A DNA stretch of 62,987 nucleotides, counting the filler, from Reticulomyxa filosa (lineage: Eukaryota; Protista; Foraminifera): assembly GCA_000512085.1 (NCBI GenBank). It is 12 parts of 12 records of this genome, joined end to end, with 100 filler letters (N's around TTAATTAATTAA, not from the genome) between each part and the next. Parts side by side here need not be neighbours in the genome. Positions count along the whole stretch, not along the records: positions 12,892 to 14,036 come from ASPP01034401.1; positions 14,137 to 22,045 come from ASPP01011126.1; positions 22,146 to 25,698 come from ASPP01000032.1; positions 25,799 to 31,948 come from ASPP01007069.1; 8 more parts are not named here. One strand, given 5' to 3'. Below the pieces are notes generated by a model, which did no database searches, was not told the origin of the DNA, and saw only the letters and a list, made by a program, of their open reading frames with translations. The translations under genes were made by a program, and so were the position numbers. Shown here one piece after another: positions 12,892-25,835 of this stretch (the stretch's first letter is position 1; every line of letters begins with the position of its first letter).

Positions 12892-14036
12892 AAGTACAAG
12901 TGGAAACATCATGGCCGAATTGTTGTGAGAGAAGTCCAATATATCGTCGAATCATGGGCCGCACTACAACGCAAACGTTTGTCATTTTTCCAATAAAATG
13001 TATTTGTTCATCATTGAACAAATTTCGTTTTTAATGGCGGCGTTCATCAAATATGGACCATGTATTACATTTTGAAAAAGAAATTGAAGGTCCATCGTGT
13101 AATATGGCTCATGATTGGTTGAAAGTGAACTGATGATTTTATGCGCAGCCTATATCACAAGTTATATGTTTTCTTATGATAATGTGATTGGAAAATAGTC
13201 GAAACATTTATAATCAACACACTACATAACATAGGTCTTCAAAGAACTAACCTTGTCTATCATGCAACTGGAAAGAGTGTTGCGGTGCCAGCAAGTAAAG
13301 GTAAATCAGTTGCAATCGAATGGCCACCAACTTTGCATTGTTCCAAGTATTGATACTTGTTTCAAGTTTTTTTGATTGAAAAATTTTTTTGTGCGTGAGC
13401 GTAGTTTCTTTTTATTATTTTTAATAATTTCAATTCCTTCTCCAGTTCATCCGACATCTTTATCAAATTATACTTATCGCAAAAAATTTCTGAGCTTTAA
13501 TACTGTTCCTCTCTGCTATACGTATTTTTTTCATCTACTAATACTCGAAGTCTTTTTTTGCCAGGAATAAGAAGACGATAAAGAAAATAACTTGGATCGC
13601 AAGCGCTTTTGTTTCCAATTAATGTAAGAGAATGTTTTCGCCCACGTTTGATTTTTTTTATTTCTTCAAGGCTTCAATGTGTGAAAGTTGTTCAAGTAGT
13701 AAAAAAAAAGCAAAAGTGTTTCAAAAAACAATTGAAAAAGTGATAAAGCAATGAAGAAAAACATTAAAAGATTTAACATTACTTTTGTATGTTGTACCCC
13801 AGGTGTTAGTGCATATAAGCCCATGCCACCACAATGTAAACATTTTTTTTCATCACTATGTTTATTTTTTTTTTAAATATTCAGTTCACTTTCACCATAC
13901 TTTTGAAGGTGTTGCCACAAGCTCGAACAGCCTCAACAATGATGGACGTACATATTCGTTTCAATTTTCTAACATCGGTACAATATCGAAAGGGTTTACC
14001 TTGCTGCGCATTGCGTTCTATCAAGAAAGTGTCTTG

Positions 14037-14136
14037 NNNNNNNNNNNNNNNNNNNNNNNNNNNNNNNNNNNNNNNNNNNNTTAATTAATTAANNNNNNNN
14101 NNNNNNNNNNNNNNNNNNNNNNNNNNNNNNNNNNNN
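14037..14136. other. Artificial contig linker
   Basis: N44-TTAATTAATTAA-N44. Confidence 0.99.
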
Positions 14137-14545
14137 TACAGTATGACTTTTTTTTGTAACAAAATTTTTTTTATTAAATCTATATCAAACTGTAAAGAAA
14201 AAATAAAACATGTAACAAACATTTATAATTGTGTTTAAAAGAAGTTTTTACGTGTGATACAATGATATGATGTCAGTTTTTTTACAGTTCTCTTTGTATG
14301 TCCTTTGCAGTTTCACACTTCTAAGTTACACCACCTGACCACTCGCCTGCGCATTTTATCAATTAAAATAGATTTTCTTACTTATCTATGTTTTATGTTG
14401 ATATTCCTGTTTTATGTTGATATTCCTGTTTATTTGAAACGTTTTATTCCAATTTTGGAACACTTTATCTTATACAAAACTTTATTTGTAAAATGTGCAC
14501 AAGCCACTTATTCAACTATTTGAAATCCTGAATACAATTGCTTAG
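14137..14545 (-). mobile_element. Tc1-family transposon fragment: 3' subterminal arm plus degraded N-terminal DNA-binding region
   Basis: 14137..14255 matches ~36710..36825 and the reverse of ~30300..30418. The minus strand reads NW-IKRFK*TG..RKSILIDKMRRRVVRW..CETAKDIQREL across frameshifts. There is a 19-bp tandem duplication at 14389..14426. Confidence 0.75.
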
Positions 14546-15322
14546 TATTTTGTTGTTGTCATTATTATTTATTTTATCATTGAAATGTTAAATTTCAGCT
14601 TCTCTTTATATATTCTTCTATAATTTGATTACCTTCTTTCTAGTGTCCTTTTCTCAGTTATTTCTCGCTCCTGTTGATCCAAAAATAAAAATGTTTGGAT
14701 TAAGCATTTTGAAACTGATAATAACATTGTCATATATAATTGATTGACTCCACATCCATAAGTGTATAATCTTTTACTCTTTGGTTCGAATTCTTTTTCT
14801 CTGAAATAAACACCAACTTTATTCAAACGAGTTTCATTTTCATACTTGTTTTGTGTTACACTTGGTAAAAACTCTTAGATGATGCTATTTGCAAAACATC
14901 GTCCAAAAACCATTACAAATTGATTACTACATTGTTGAATTACCATTTCTTTTTTTCTTTTTGCAATATTATTTTAATGATAACATTTGTCATGCAAAGT
15001 GGCAAAAATATAAAAAAACAATCTTTCATCATTACTCTTTAATTTTCATTAATATGATGGCGTAATTAAGTTTTGATTTTCAATAAAATAAATTTTGTTC
15101 ATGAACGCATTTAAATCTTTTCCTATTTGCACACTCATTAAAACACAATCTTAATCTTGTTCATATTTTTGTTCAATCACAAAAACTTCAAGCGTAAAAG
15201 AATAATTGATAATGTTTCAAAAAAGGCTAAGTTAATATTTATGTTTTTTTAGCAATATTCAAGTGTTAATCTTTTATATTGTTTTAAGGAGATTTCACAC
15301 AAAAGGAAATAAAACAAAACAA

Positions 15323-16382
15323 TTATGTATCTTTGACTAGTCTATTCAATAATATTTCCGATTGCTGGCTGCAACAACCAAAACAAAATTGGAAGATATT
15401 CTCAGCGAAAGTAAAGCTACTCAGCATCAACATACCTTGAAAAACGCAGTCCATATGTATATGCAAACTAACACCAGAGCACCAAGCAATCGCAAAAGAA
15501 AAAATAGCACAAATAATACTGGTCAAAGCAATAATACCACATTTCTTAACATGCATAAGCATTTTCATTGTTTCATTTGAAATTTCGTGATTGAGTGGAT
15601 TACCTCCAAGTTGCACAATATCAAGTTCCTCATTTCTGTGCACCGCACGTGCAGTACTGACCATTCTTGTAATGTACATATAGCCGATAATGATATTCAA
15701 TGTGCTTACAACACCAGCTCCAATTGCAGTTAGCATATTAAAAGGTACTGAAGCAAGATGAAATATCCAATACACTTGTTTTTCATTTATTTCGCTAGTT
15801 GAAGAGGAAGGCAAATCAAAATCACTAATTTTAAAGTATTGCAAACATCCAGCAGAAGATGCAAACTAACCATCTAATACATGACAATAAGAATTGTCAA
15901 TATCATTGTCGAATACAATCCCCAAAGACGATATTTTTCAATCACAATAATGAATTCTCAAATACGATCACTGATAAACATTTCTACACCATATTTTTAT
16001 TTTTTGCACATAAACTATATATATGATGTATAGATATCAAACCCAATCTTTTCAGCCAAAAAAATACTGCAGTACTATATATTGAAAGAAATACTGAAGA
16101 AATAATAAAAAGTAAAATTTGACAAATGGGAACATTATGTAACCACCAATTTTGTCCGATACCAATAAAGAGTAAGCATTGCAAGCACAAAGCTAGCCAC
16201 ATCATAACATGGTAAAATAGACATGCCATCCGGAGACTTGGATGCACATTCTCTGGTTTCCACAAATGATAAAAACTGTATATGCAAGAAAACGTTTCTG
16301 CCACCAACAATAAGACAAGAAAAATTATATACGTCCCAAGTGGACGAGCTGGTATTTCCAATTCTACACAAAATTTAGACAT
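15323..16382 (-). pseudogene. Multi-pass (about 7TM, GPCR-like) membrane protein gene with disrupted frame
   Basis: Hydrophobic helices occur in both ORFs. After the intron (acceptor ~15973) the frame has stops or shifts at about 15860-15950, so it is either a pseudogene or error-laden sequence. Confidence 0.5.
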
Positions 16383-17938
16383 TATTAATCTTTCTTCGAA
16401 TAAAACAATGTTCAGATAGTTTTTTTTTCAATTGTACAATTTTTGACAGTAGTTTTTTTGCAAAAAGATTTGAAAAACCATAAATATCTGTGATGATGTG
16501 TGATTCGACTCAAAACGTACATCCTTTTGTTTTGTGTAAAGGATATCAACAAAACAATTAACAATTATCAAAAGTTTGTTGAATTATAAAATTAATTATT
16601 GTTGTTACAGATAGTGCTTTTTGCCAATTCCATAGTGTCAGCCGACGTCCCACAAGGATATCACTGATGCACAAAATGAAGTATCAGATTCATTATCTTC
16701 GCGATTTTCTTTTTCTTTATTGCCTATTTCCAGACGACGAGCTGAACTTTTTGACAGTATTCTATAAAATGTAAAGTTTCTCTATCCAATTCACTAGAAA
16801 TATAACACATTGTATGGATGACGACGTGGTCCGAAGTATTGCTAAATTGTACATCTCCATGATAATTCCGTAATTCATTGTTTTTACTATTAGTGTTATC
16901 TTTATTGAATTTCTTCTTTTTATAAGTTTTTTTAAAAGAAAATTATGATAAAGTTGTATAAAGCGCAATGTAATTAAAAAGAATACAGCGTGACCAGCTT
17001 ACTAGTTCTTTGGGTATGATTTAATTCTTTTTCCCTTTTTTTTCCTTTGAATGGTGCATAATGATCGAATATGCTGACAGTTCAAAAAGGCAATTGGACA
17101 ACTGACTTTAATGTTAAAAATTTGAAGAATGTAAAGTTGAGCTTTCTACAAGACTGTACTTGCTTTTTAGACTTTTTGTGACGGCACTGTCCGGCTTTGC
17201 ATAGCGCAACGCACTAAAAAATTGAAGACGATATTTTCAGCATGAAAATGTCATCTATTTTAAAAAAGATTTCAAGCAGCAGATGTTGCACGCTGTTATT
17301 GTGTGGAGGTTTTTTCTAATTGCTGAAGAGCAATTACCTAGGTAGCGCAGTTTCGCGTATTTCTGATAATACTCTGGTGCATAATAAAAATATTGGCAAT
17401 AATGTGTGAATATGCTGTAGTTGGAAAGTAAAAAAATCATTCGAAATTGCGCTATTTGCTTGTGTTTGCATTTCTAAGCTAGATTTAACAACGATTACGT
17501 TTTCACTGTTGCATTTTTTAAATTCCTTATACAAAATGCCTTTTTATTAAAGAGCCAGCTTTAATAAAAAATGCTTTTAAGTGGTCAATGGCGAAACACA
17601 AAACCACAGCAAAAAGCGAATTGATAGCATTTGAATCGAGGATCTCAACAAAGATTCGTTATACTAAATACTCAGCGAGTTTGCAGTCATTTAATTAAAA
17701 CCACAAACAAATCGACGATGAAACACTTCGACAATCCAATCTAGAGGATTGTCGACGTGCTTGAGAGAAAATCACACAAAACTATGAAAAGTGTCAGACA
17801 AAATTACACTTCGGAATTTGAAAAGAGAATTAAAGCCCATTTACCCATAAACAAAAAACAGGAAAGAAAGTGAAGTTGGTGATCCGTTTTTCGTTTTCAA
17901 CTCTTTTTTATTTGATTATTGCACAAGCGACCGAATTT

Positions 17939-19641
17939 TTATCGATGGGGATCCCACACCCAAAAGTTGGCTGTTTAATGAGAGAAAATTAAACATACTG
18001 TTTATCATCTTTTAGTAAAATAAAAGAAAAAAAACAACATACCGATCCATTTTTCACCTTTCTTGACTGGTAATGCAGCATGCAAGCTCAAATCGTCCGC
18101 ATTTCCATCTTCCAACATACTGTAAAATAAGACAGCATTACCTTTTCCAGCATGGACCTTCAAATAGCCATTTTTGGCCTAAATACTTTTTTAAAAAAAA
18201 TCTGGTATTGACATCTGGGGCGAAAAAACAGAACAAACTTTTGGAAACGCAGTTTCGCCACCAGCATCAGGAGCAGTTTGGTTATTTAAGTAAAATAATA
18301 ACGTAATCATTCTTTGTTGTGGATGTCCATCCGCACCAAAGTCATGATGACTAAATAAAGACACAAGACAAGGAGGAACAAAGAAAATTACAAATATCAA
18401 TGCTTGACATAAATTTTCATATGAATATTTAAAAATGTGTGGCGTACATAATATCATCAAACCTTGTGTATTCCTGTCCAACTTGGTAATTGACCACTTG
18501 CAACTGCTCAACATTTTTGTCAGGGTACAAAACACTTTCGGAGATATTCAAAATATCAGCAGCACGGCGATACAACGTTTCCATTACCAAATGTTCATTA
18601 CGATCAAGCCAAGTGTTTCTCGACGTGCGTGTGTTGCTGACCAACCCACCATGCGTTCCTGCCAATGATCGTTTGATTTTTGGTTTTGCCAAGCTTATCA
18701 CTAGATCCGCTTCAAAATCGCTTAGTGCCTGTTTTTTTTTAAAAAATAAATTTTTCTCCCCTTTTTTTTTTTTTTTTAGTCTCCCCTTAAAAAAAGCTTC
18801 TCCAAAATAAAAAGATTACAAAACGTTATTGATTCGAAACACTTTGGGCTCAGTGGACAACGCTTCCAAAGCGAAGGAGACCGGTTGGGTGTCACGACAT
18901 TTTTCAATGGCTGATGGGTCTTGCGAATTTTCTGGAATGCATTTCCAAAAGTATTCATTCGAAGACACATGATGGGTCTGCCCAACGTATTCCGCTGGCC
19001 ATATGTGCAACACTGGGGGACTTCTCGGATAGTATGCAAGCCACTGTTGGAATGTAGTATATTTATATTCCAATCACGATTTTAATTTAATGTTGTAGAT
19101 ATATATTGGAAGGCTTCCAAAACAAAATCAACTTTTTCTTTTCTTTTTAAAAAAGGTACGTAACAGGTCTTCCGGTCCTTTTTCTGTAATCTTCCACAAA
19201 TCTTTGTTCTTCTAATAATTGTTGGTAATACTTTATATCGTTTTCATTACTGTTATCTTCCTCCAATGGTAAAATATATAAGTTCTTTTCTTCTGTCACG
19301 TGCACTCTTGCAAACTCTTTTTCGGGACCTTTTTTAGCCGGGGCGAACACAAACACGTGCCCGGCGTATGAACTTGTTGCTGATGTCCCTCTTGGGTCTA
19401 TTTTGCCTTGATATAACAGTTCATTGCTCTCTGGATTTTGCCAGTAATAATCTATCCAGGATGATCGAGGGTTTTTTATCACTACTGCCACCGGACGAAG
19501 CTCTGCCATTTCTTCTTCCTCTTCGTATGTGTGTGTTTCTTCGTATGCATGTGCTTCTCCGCTTGAGTCCACTTCCACTGAACTGATATGGCATTGACCA
19601 AATACCAAAAGCCAAAGAAAAAAATAAAATACACTTTGCAT
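17939..19641 (-). CDS. Prolyl 4-hydroxylase (2OG-Fe(II) dioxygenase) with signal peptide and N-terminal VHL-beta-like domain, 6 exons
   Basis: Splices cleanly: LSTEPKVF, RTSRNTW, EQLQVVNYQVGQEYTSHHDF (HxD), RMITLLFYLN, GGETAFP, NAVLFYS, SLHAALPVKKGEKWIANFWVWDP. Confidence 0.93.
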
Positions 19642-20658
19642 TTTTAGCAGATATTGACCGAAAGATGTCCTTCTCACCGAATTTTTCCGAAGTCAGTACA
19701 CTTTGAAACACTGCTCTGAAAACTTTGACTTTTACTGAACGAGATTGGACAATGCAAAGCCTATTTGCGACTCGATGCATTGAATCGATGATCCAGGCAT
19801 TGCATATTACTTTACAATAACAAAGCAGTTGAAATAAGTAGATTGCGTACCTAAATGACCTACGGCGGTTTTTTCTATGTGTTTGATCTATCCATCTTTT
19901 TAAAAATTTTTTGCTATCATTTTAAAATTTATCTTTTTCTTCTTAATCGCTGCAATTAAATCATTTCGAAAAGCCAAAGTTGGAAATAGTCACATTAGTG
20001 CTAGTCTCAAATTTATAAACATGTACAAACATCTGATCGTATATTATAGTAAAAATATTATCTTTTCAGAGAAACAAAAATTAACTTGCTTTAGTTATTG
20101 AACTAAACAAGTCTGAAAATGAACAAACCAAGACTTAAAAGATAGTGTCGGAATAAAAAAATTTTGGTAAATGTGCCATCATGATTTAGACTTGTTTTGA
20201 TCAAAAAGTGTTATGCATGCCCTGCAAGATAGATTGTAAAGCAAAAAAATTTGAAAATACTATTTAGTAATGCAAAGAATACACTGGCTTGCAGTGTGTG
20301 ATCAAATGCAAAAGACTTTCCTTTTGAATGTTGAATCGCTAAATGTGTTATCATCAAACTATTTTCTGCGAAAATCAAATAATGTTCTGGGAGCATTGAC
20401 TCTTTCTTGTCATTAGACTCCAAAGTCTTTCAGCCAATTTTTTCACGTATTCTTTTCCAAATGGCAAAAAAAATATTGCATCGAACAAAGGCAAAGCCAA
20501 AGAAGTTGAAAATGGGACATGGATGTAAAATAAATTAGTTATTTTTGTTCTGTTAACGAAATCATATTAAGATGTTAGTTTTGTGTTGCGTTTCAAGTGA
20601 GAAGGAATTTCAAATTTAACGGGGTTTTTTCGCCACCCTCAAAAGAAAGGAAAAACAA

Positions 20659-21899
20659 TTATTTTCCTGTTTTATTTTTGTCTTTTTTTCCAGAGTGAAT
20701 GACCATTTCTTTATGAATTTGATGACAAGTTTGGTCAACCAAGTCCAACAACTTGTCAATATTGGATCGCCAATCATTGAGAACAGAGTTGGTGGTTTCT
20801 TTCTTGCGGAATCGAATTTTACCAGCTAATCTATCTGTACGTGCAAATATCGTGCCGGCATTGACCATTTCAGATACATACTTTTCTGTTTCCTGTAATT
20901 TCAATAACGAACACATTACAAACATTGTGATAATCACAAGAAGGAGAAAGAGAGAGGATCTAATAAAGACAAATGAATTCAATACAACTAACAGCGTACC
21001 TCTGAAGAGACTCCCAAGAAATGGGCAAGTCTTTGGGTTGTAATTTGATTGTAATATTTTTCAACTACTCGAATATTGTGTTGGACAACGCGGTCATGTA
21101 ACAATTCCCCAAATGACTGATTTTCATCTTTGACTCCAGTAAAGCGGAAGGCTTGTAAATACTCACTCATTTCAGGAAGCAAAGGCCAAGACACAAGTTC
21201 CCAAGTTGTCAAAAGTCGCAATAATTCTCTGTATATTACATAAGTGATTCTCTTTTTGTAATAAATAATAATAATAATAAAAAATGAAGTGATATCTCAC
21301 AACAAACCTAAAAACTGGTAATTGCTCCAGCATTTTACTCTCAGCTTCAATCACTTTGTTCAACAAATCCCATTGTTCATTTCCAAAGGGAGCCAAAATC
21401 AGTGCAAAGACGGAATTGGCTAACGCCTAATTCGCAATCCAAAAACACACAACACACATCGACATCAGACCTTCAAATGAGTTTATTTTGTAACATGCGT
21501 AAAAGAGGTGTTTTTATTTATTTATTTATTTATTGTTGTTGTTGTTATTGTTCCAATGTCTCTATATTTTTGATTTGGCATGTGACGAATTGAGAAGGGA
21601 GAATATATGTATATGTATAAAATAACCTGCTCTTTCTCTTCTGGAGATTTGAGCAAATCTTTTAAACGACGATAAGCTTTGGACAGTTCTAAGTAATTTC
21701 TATCGCGATGATAAAAGTAAATCAAAGATAAGTTCCAATATTTGATTTCCAAGTCTTCTAAATTTGACATGATTTTTGTGGTAATTTTGTTTCGAATAAT
21801 ACCACCTCGCACATAATCGCGCTTTGCCAAGCACAAACGCACTTGCTCTAACAAAAAGTCACATTTTTCTCGTTTCACCATTGAGCCAAACGTTTCAAT
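20659..21899 (-). CDS. PSMD12: 26S proteasome regulatory subunit Rpn5 (PCI domain), 5' truncated
   Basis: IETFGSMVKREKCDFLLEQVRLCL, RVVQHNIRVVEKYY, VLNDWRSNIDKLLDLVDQTCHQIHKEM. Confidence 0.95.
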
Positions 21900-22045
21900 C
21901 TTTGTTTTGTTTTTTTTTTTAAAAAAAAAAGAGAGTGTTTGCAAGTGAGTTATAATTTGGCGGTTTGCATAGGCATCCCCTCGGAGTATATACATATATG
22001 TATATATGTTAGTAGTTCGAGATTGGGGAAAAAAAGTGATTGATT

Positions 22046-22145
22046 NNNNNNNNNNNNNNNNNNNNNNNNNNNNNNNNNNNNNNNNNNNNTTAATTAATTA
22101 ANNNNNNNNNNNNNNNNNNNNNNNNNNNNNNNNNNNNNNNNNNNN
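22046..22145. other. Artificial contig linker
   Basis: N44-TTAATTAATTAA-N44. Confidence 0.99.
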
Positions 22146-22184
<39 letters not shown>

Positions 22185-22826
22185 CAAATTCGATAAAATA
22201 ATATAAGATAAGATCTGGTGAATTGACTTGCTTTTTGCGATCAAGGAAGAACATAATATCACCTTGACGAGCCCATTGCTGGTCATACAAGACGATAGTT
22301 CCGACAAGAAAGACAAAGGTATAACTGAAAAATAATAAAAAGTTTCGTTAAATTTTTTGATTTGCCTTTGTGCAAATTCGTGCCTTTGTATTTCTTTGAT
22401 TGCTGCTTTTATTTCATCACTATTCAGTCCTGACAACTTTTCAAGCAATGCTATATCTTCTGGTGTGAACTTTGTCTTGTTTTGCTTGTTTGTACTCCAT
22501 TCTTTTTTTATTATTTCGTGCAGTTTTTTATAGTTTTTTCCTTTTATCTTCTCTTGCACTTCTTTGTTTTTCACTTTTCTCGACGATGCTGGCTTGTCGA
22601 GTCGCAGACAAACGCGTGCAAGTTGTGTGCTCAGAGCATTTATCAGCCCTCGGCATATCGCCCAAACTACTGCAAACGCTGCCGCCCAAAATAGTATTAA
22701 GGCCATGTTTCGGTGCTGATACCCATTGGGCTGTTTTTGTAACTCACCCCAGCTGTACTCTTTTGGGATAAATGTTAATGAATCCAAAAGGACATGTATT
22801 GAGGAAAATTTGAGAGCGGGAGACAT
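22185..22826 (-). CDS. Ceramide synthase (Lag1/CerS, TLC family), N-terminal exon, 3' truncated
   Basis: N-terminal TM, KKFNETFYYF (the KKFxE motif at the TLC start), then after a 1-nt shift near 22330 VLYDQQW..DLILYYFIEFG. The Lag1 HH motif lies beyond the contig end. Confidence 0.75.
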
Positions 22827-23053
22827 GGTTCGAGAGAAAAACTGTCGGATCGACGTAGAAATTTTAAAACCCCTTTTCCTGAGCTTTTTTCTACAAGTTT
22901 TTTTTTGTTTTGCACTCGATTGCTAAGATTACATTTTTTTTTTTTTGAGAAGTTGGGCACAATGGAAACGAGCACTTAAATAAATATGAATTTTTTGGAA
23001 AAAGCAAATATTGCATAGAACAAACGGGAAGAAGTCAAATTGAAGAGATTAAA

Positions 23054-25698
23054 TCAAAGTCCCATCATTTTTCTGTAATCTTCATTGGTAAGTTGATCTT
23101 TTGGAATATTAGGTTGGTTGGTTGCTGATTCAGATGTAGGATCAGTTGCTGCAGATGCAGTTTTGGTATCTTTGAATAGAATTGATCTGGGTTGCAACCC
23201 GAAAGTATTCCGCAAAGATTTGAAAGATTTTGCAGGTATGCCAGATTTGCCCGATTTCGCAGGTTTGTGATCATCTTTAGCACTTTTCATCTCCTTGTTT
23301 TGACGATCTGTCATGTCAACGTCCTCTCTTTCTTTTTTTTGGTCTGTCTTGCATTGAACTGGTTTTTCGGTTCATATTTCATAACTTCAACCACTCTATT
23401 CTCATACATGGATTTGTCCTTTTGCAATGCGTTTTGTGCCGCCTCCTGCATAAGTTCGATTCAATCAACAACAATCGTAATAATTAAAAGAAATGAATAA
23501 TATATTTTATACATAGGTATGTTTAAAATAAATAAATACGAGATTCAATAATTGAAAGAAAAAGTTTTTGTTTGTTTAAAAGACCTCACTATCAAACTCT
23601 ACATAAGCGAATCCTTTTAATTCTTGTGTTTTATTGTCTCGTGTGAATCGAATCTCGGTAATAGAACCACACTGACTAAATATTGTTCGAATGCATCGGT
23701 CTGCTTCTTGTTTGCTCATATGTCTCAGTCCTTTCACATGGACTGTTTGTTTGTCTCTTTTGTATATATGTACATATATATATGTGTATATATATTTTAT
23801 TAAATTAATTTAATCCCGTCACATACACATATACACACATTCACATTTAAACAAACATCTCCTGAACGTGAGAAAACAAAGAAGCATTATACTAACTTAT
23901 TGCCTTTTCGATATCTTTCAACTCTCAAAACTTTGCCTTGGAATTCTTTTCCGTTTAATTGCAAAGAATTTTCCGCTTCGTGCTTATGTCGAAATTGAAT
24001 GTAGCCATACCCTTTCAATAACTTTTGTGGCTTTTCCCAAGGCAGTCTCACCGACACAACTTTTCCAAATTTGCTGAATAGTTCCCGCAAATCGTCCTCT
24101 TTGCACGTTTTGCGGAAATTGACAACAAATATCGTTTTCAATGATTGGTTCGTATCCGATTTGAAATCATCCTCATTGTTAGTCTCTTTATTTTTGCTAT
24201 TGTTATCATTATCATTATCATTATCATTCTTGTTTTCATTGGCATCCACGTTATCATTTTGTTCTTCAAATCTTTGCCGTCTTGAGGGGTGGGTATCTGT
24301 TTTGTCAGCATCTTCAAATAATGTATTGTCTTCCATTTTAACTTTGCCTTCATCTTTTCCCTCGGTTGGTTCCAATTTCCTGCGTTTTGTTGATGGCTCG
24401 GTGTCTTGTTCATCTCCTTTTGTTTCTGTTGCAGCAGCTTCCTGTTCCGACTCTTTGTTGTATACGTGGAGACAGAGAGGAAACGTTTCATTACGAAATC
24501 AATTGCATTTAAAAAAAAAAAAAAAAAAAACCAAATAAATGAACTTGGAGGTCTCTTTCGTTTGCGTTCTTTTCGTTTGGTATTTGGTTGCAGCTCTTTG
24601 GCCAAATGGTCTTTCAAGAGCAGTTCAGCTTCTCTGTACGCTTTCAAATCTCCACATCGACGTTCAAACTCCTTAAACTTTTCTCCAATGTATTCAATTC
24701 CCGCTGCAATCGTCAGCTTTGACAATGCCATTCGATATAACCGACGTATTTGGTTTACATTTCGTAAGTGCAGTTTCACTTGTGACATATTCTGTGCACA
24801 TCATGTATACACATATATATTATATATATATATAACATATACATATATGTATATAATGCATAATGCATATCAATAAAAAAAATACACAATAACTCCCAAA
24901 CTCCTTTAAATAATTCAGGATTGGCACATCTCTTTAACATTTTGGCTGGCAATTTGACTGGTAATAAAACGCCAAAGTTTTGTTCCCATTCAATGACCGT
25001 ACTCCACGTGGTCCAGTCTTTCCCCGAAAGTTCAAGCATTCGCTCCCATGCACTTCTGGCTTTGGGTATATCCTCCATAAATCTGGAGTCTGTTATCAAG
25101 TTCCGATTGGTGACAATGTGTGTATGTGTGTCCTGTGCTCATGATTTGAAAGCTAGAAAAACAAAGACACTCAACAAAAGTCAGCAAAATATCCATACAA
25201 CTGCAAAGTCATGTTAGTGATGGAGGATTGTTTGGCAATGGCCTCTAGCCTGGCGAACCAGGATTCAATGCTTTGCAAGCATTCCGGATCCAAAGGTGGA
25301 CACGCTTGAGAGGCAGAAGAAGTCAAGCAAACAGTAGTGTAATCGCAATAGTCATTGACATAAGCAAACATTTTTCGTCGATAAAAGTCGACAATGGCCA
25401 ATCCAACATTCAAGTATTCATCATTGGTGTTGAATATAATGTCAGGATTTGTTGTCACAATTTCTTGCTCGCTTTGCTTTTTGTGCTGTCGTCGTCGTTT
25501 CTTTTTATTTTCTCGTTTTTTTGCACTTTGTTGTTTTTTCGCCTTTCCGTGTCCAAAGTCCATCATTTCGATATCATCGTTGTCGTCCACCACATCATCG
25601 TTGTCGTCATGCTCATGTTTGCTTTCACGTTCGTTCTGCCACGCATTTGAGAGTCGTGATGACTGTGAAGCAGGAAGAGAAAGAGAAGGAGGAGGAGG
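23054..25698 (-). CDS. SART3: SART3/Prp24-like U4/U6 recycling factor (HAT repeats, two RRMs, C-terminal LSm-interacting motif), 5' truncated
   Basis: HAT-like ARSAWERML..WSTVIEWEQNFG, RRMs (TIFVVNF..KGYGYIQF and KGFAYVEF), and C-terminus LTNEDYRKMMGL resembling the SNxDFRKM motif. Confidence 0.85.
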
Positions 25699-25798
25699 NN
25701 NNNNNNNNNNNNNNNNNNNNNNNNNNNNNNNNNNNNNNNNNNTTAATTAATTAANNNNNNNNNNNNNNNNNNNNNNNNNNNNNNNNNNNNNNNNNNNN
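25699..25798. other. Artificial contig linker
   Basis: N44-TTAATTAATTAA-N44. Confidence 0.99.

Positions 25799-25835
<37 letters not shown>

Noticed and set aside
16447-16466. CAGTAGTTTTTTTGCAAAAA resembling the Tc1 TIR tip
   Set aside because: No preceding TA, extra Ts and no further TIR similarity.
17540-17572. Perfect AT-rich hairpin TTTTTATTAAAG-AGCCAG-CTTTAATAAAAA
   Set aside because: Low-complexity stem with no associated feature; plausible by chance in this base composition.
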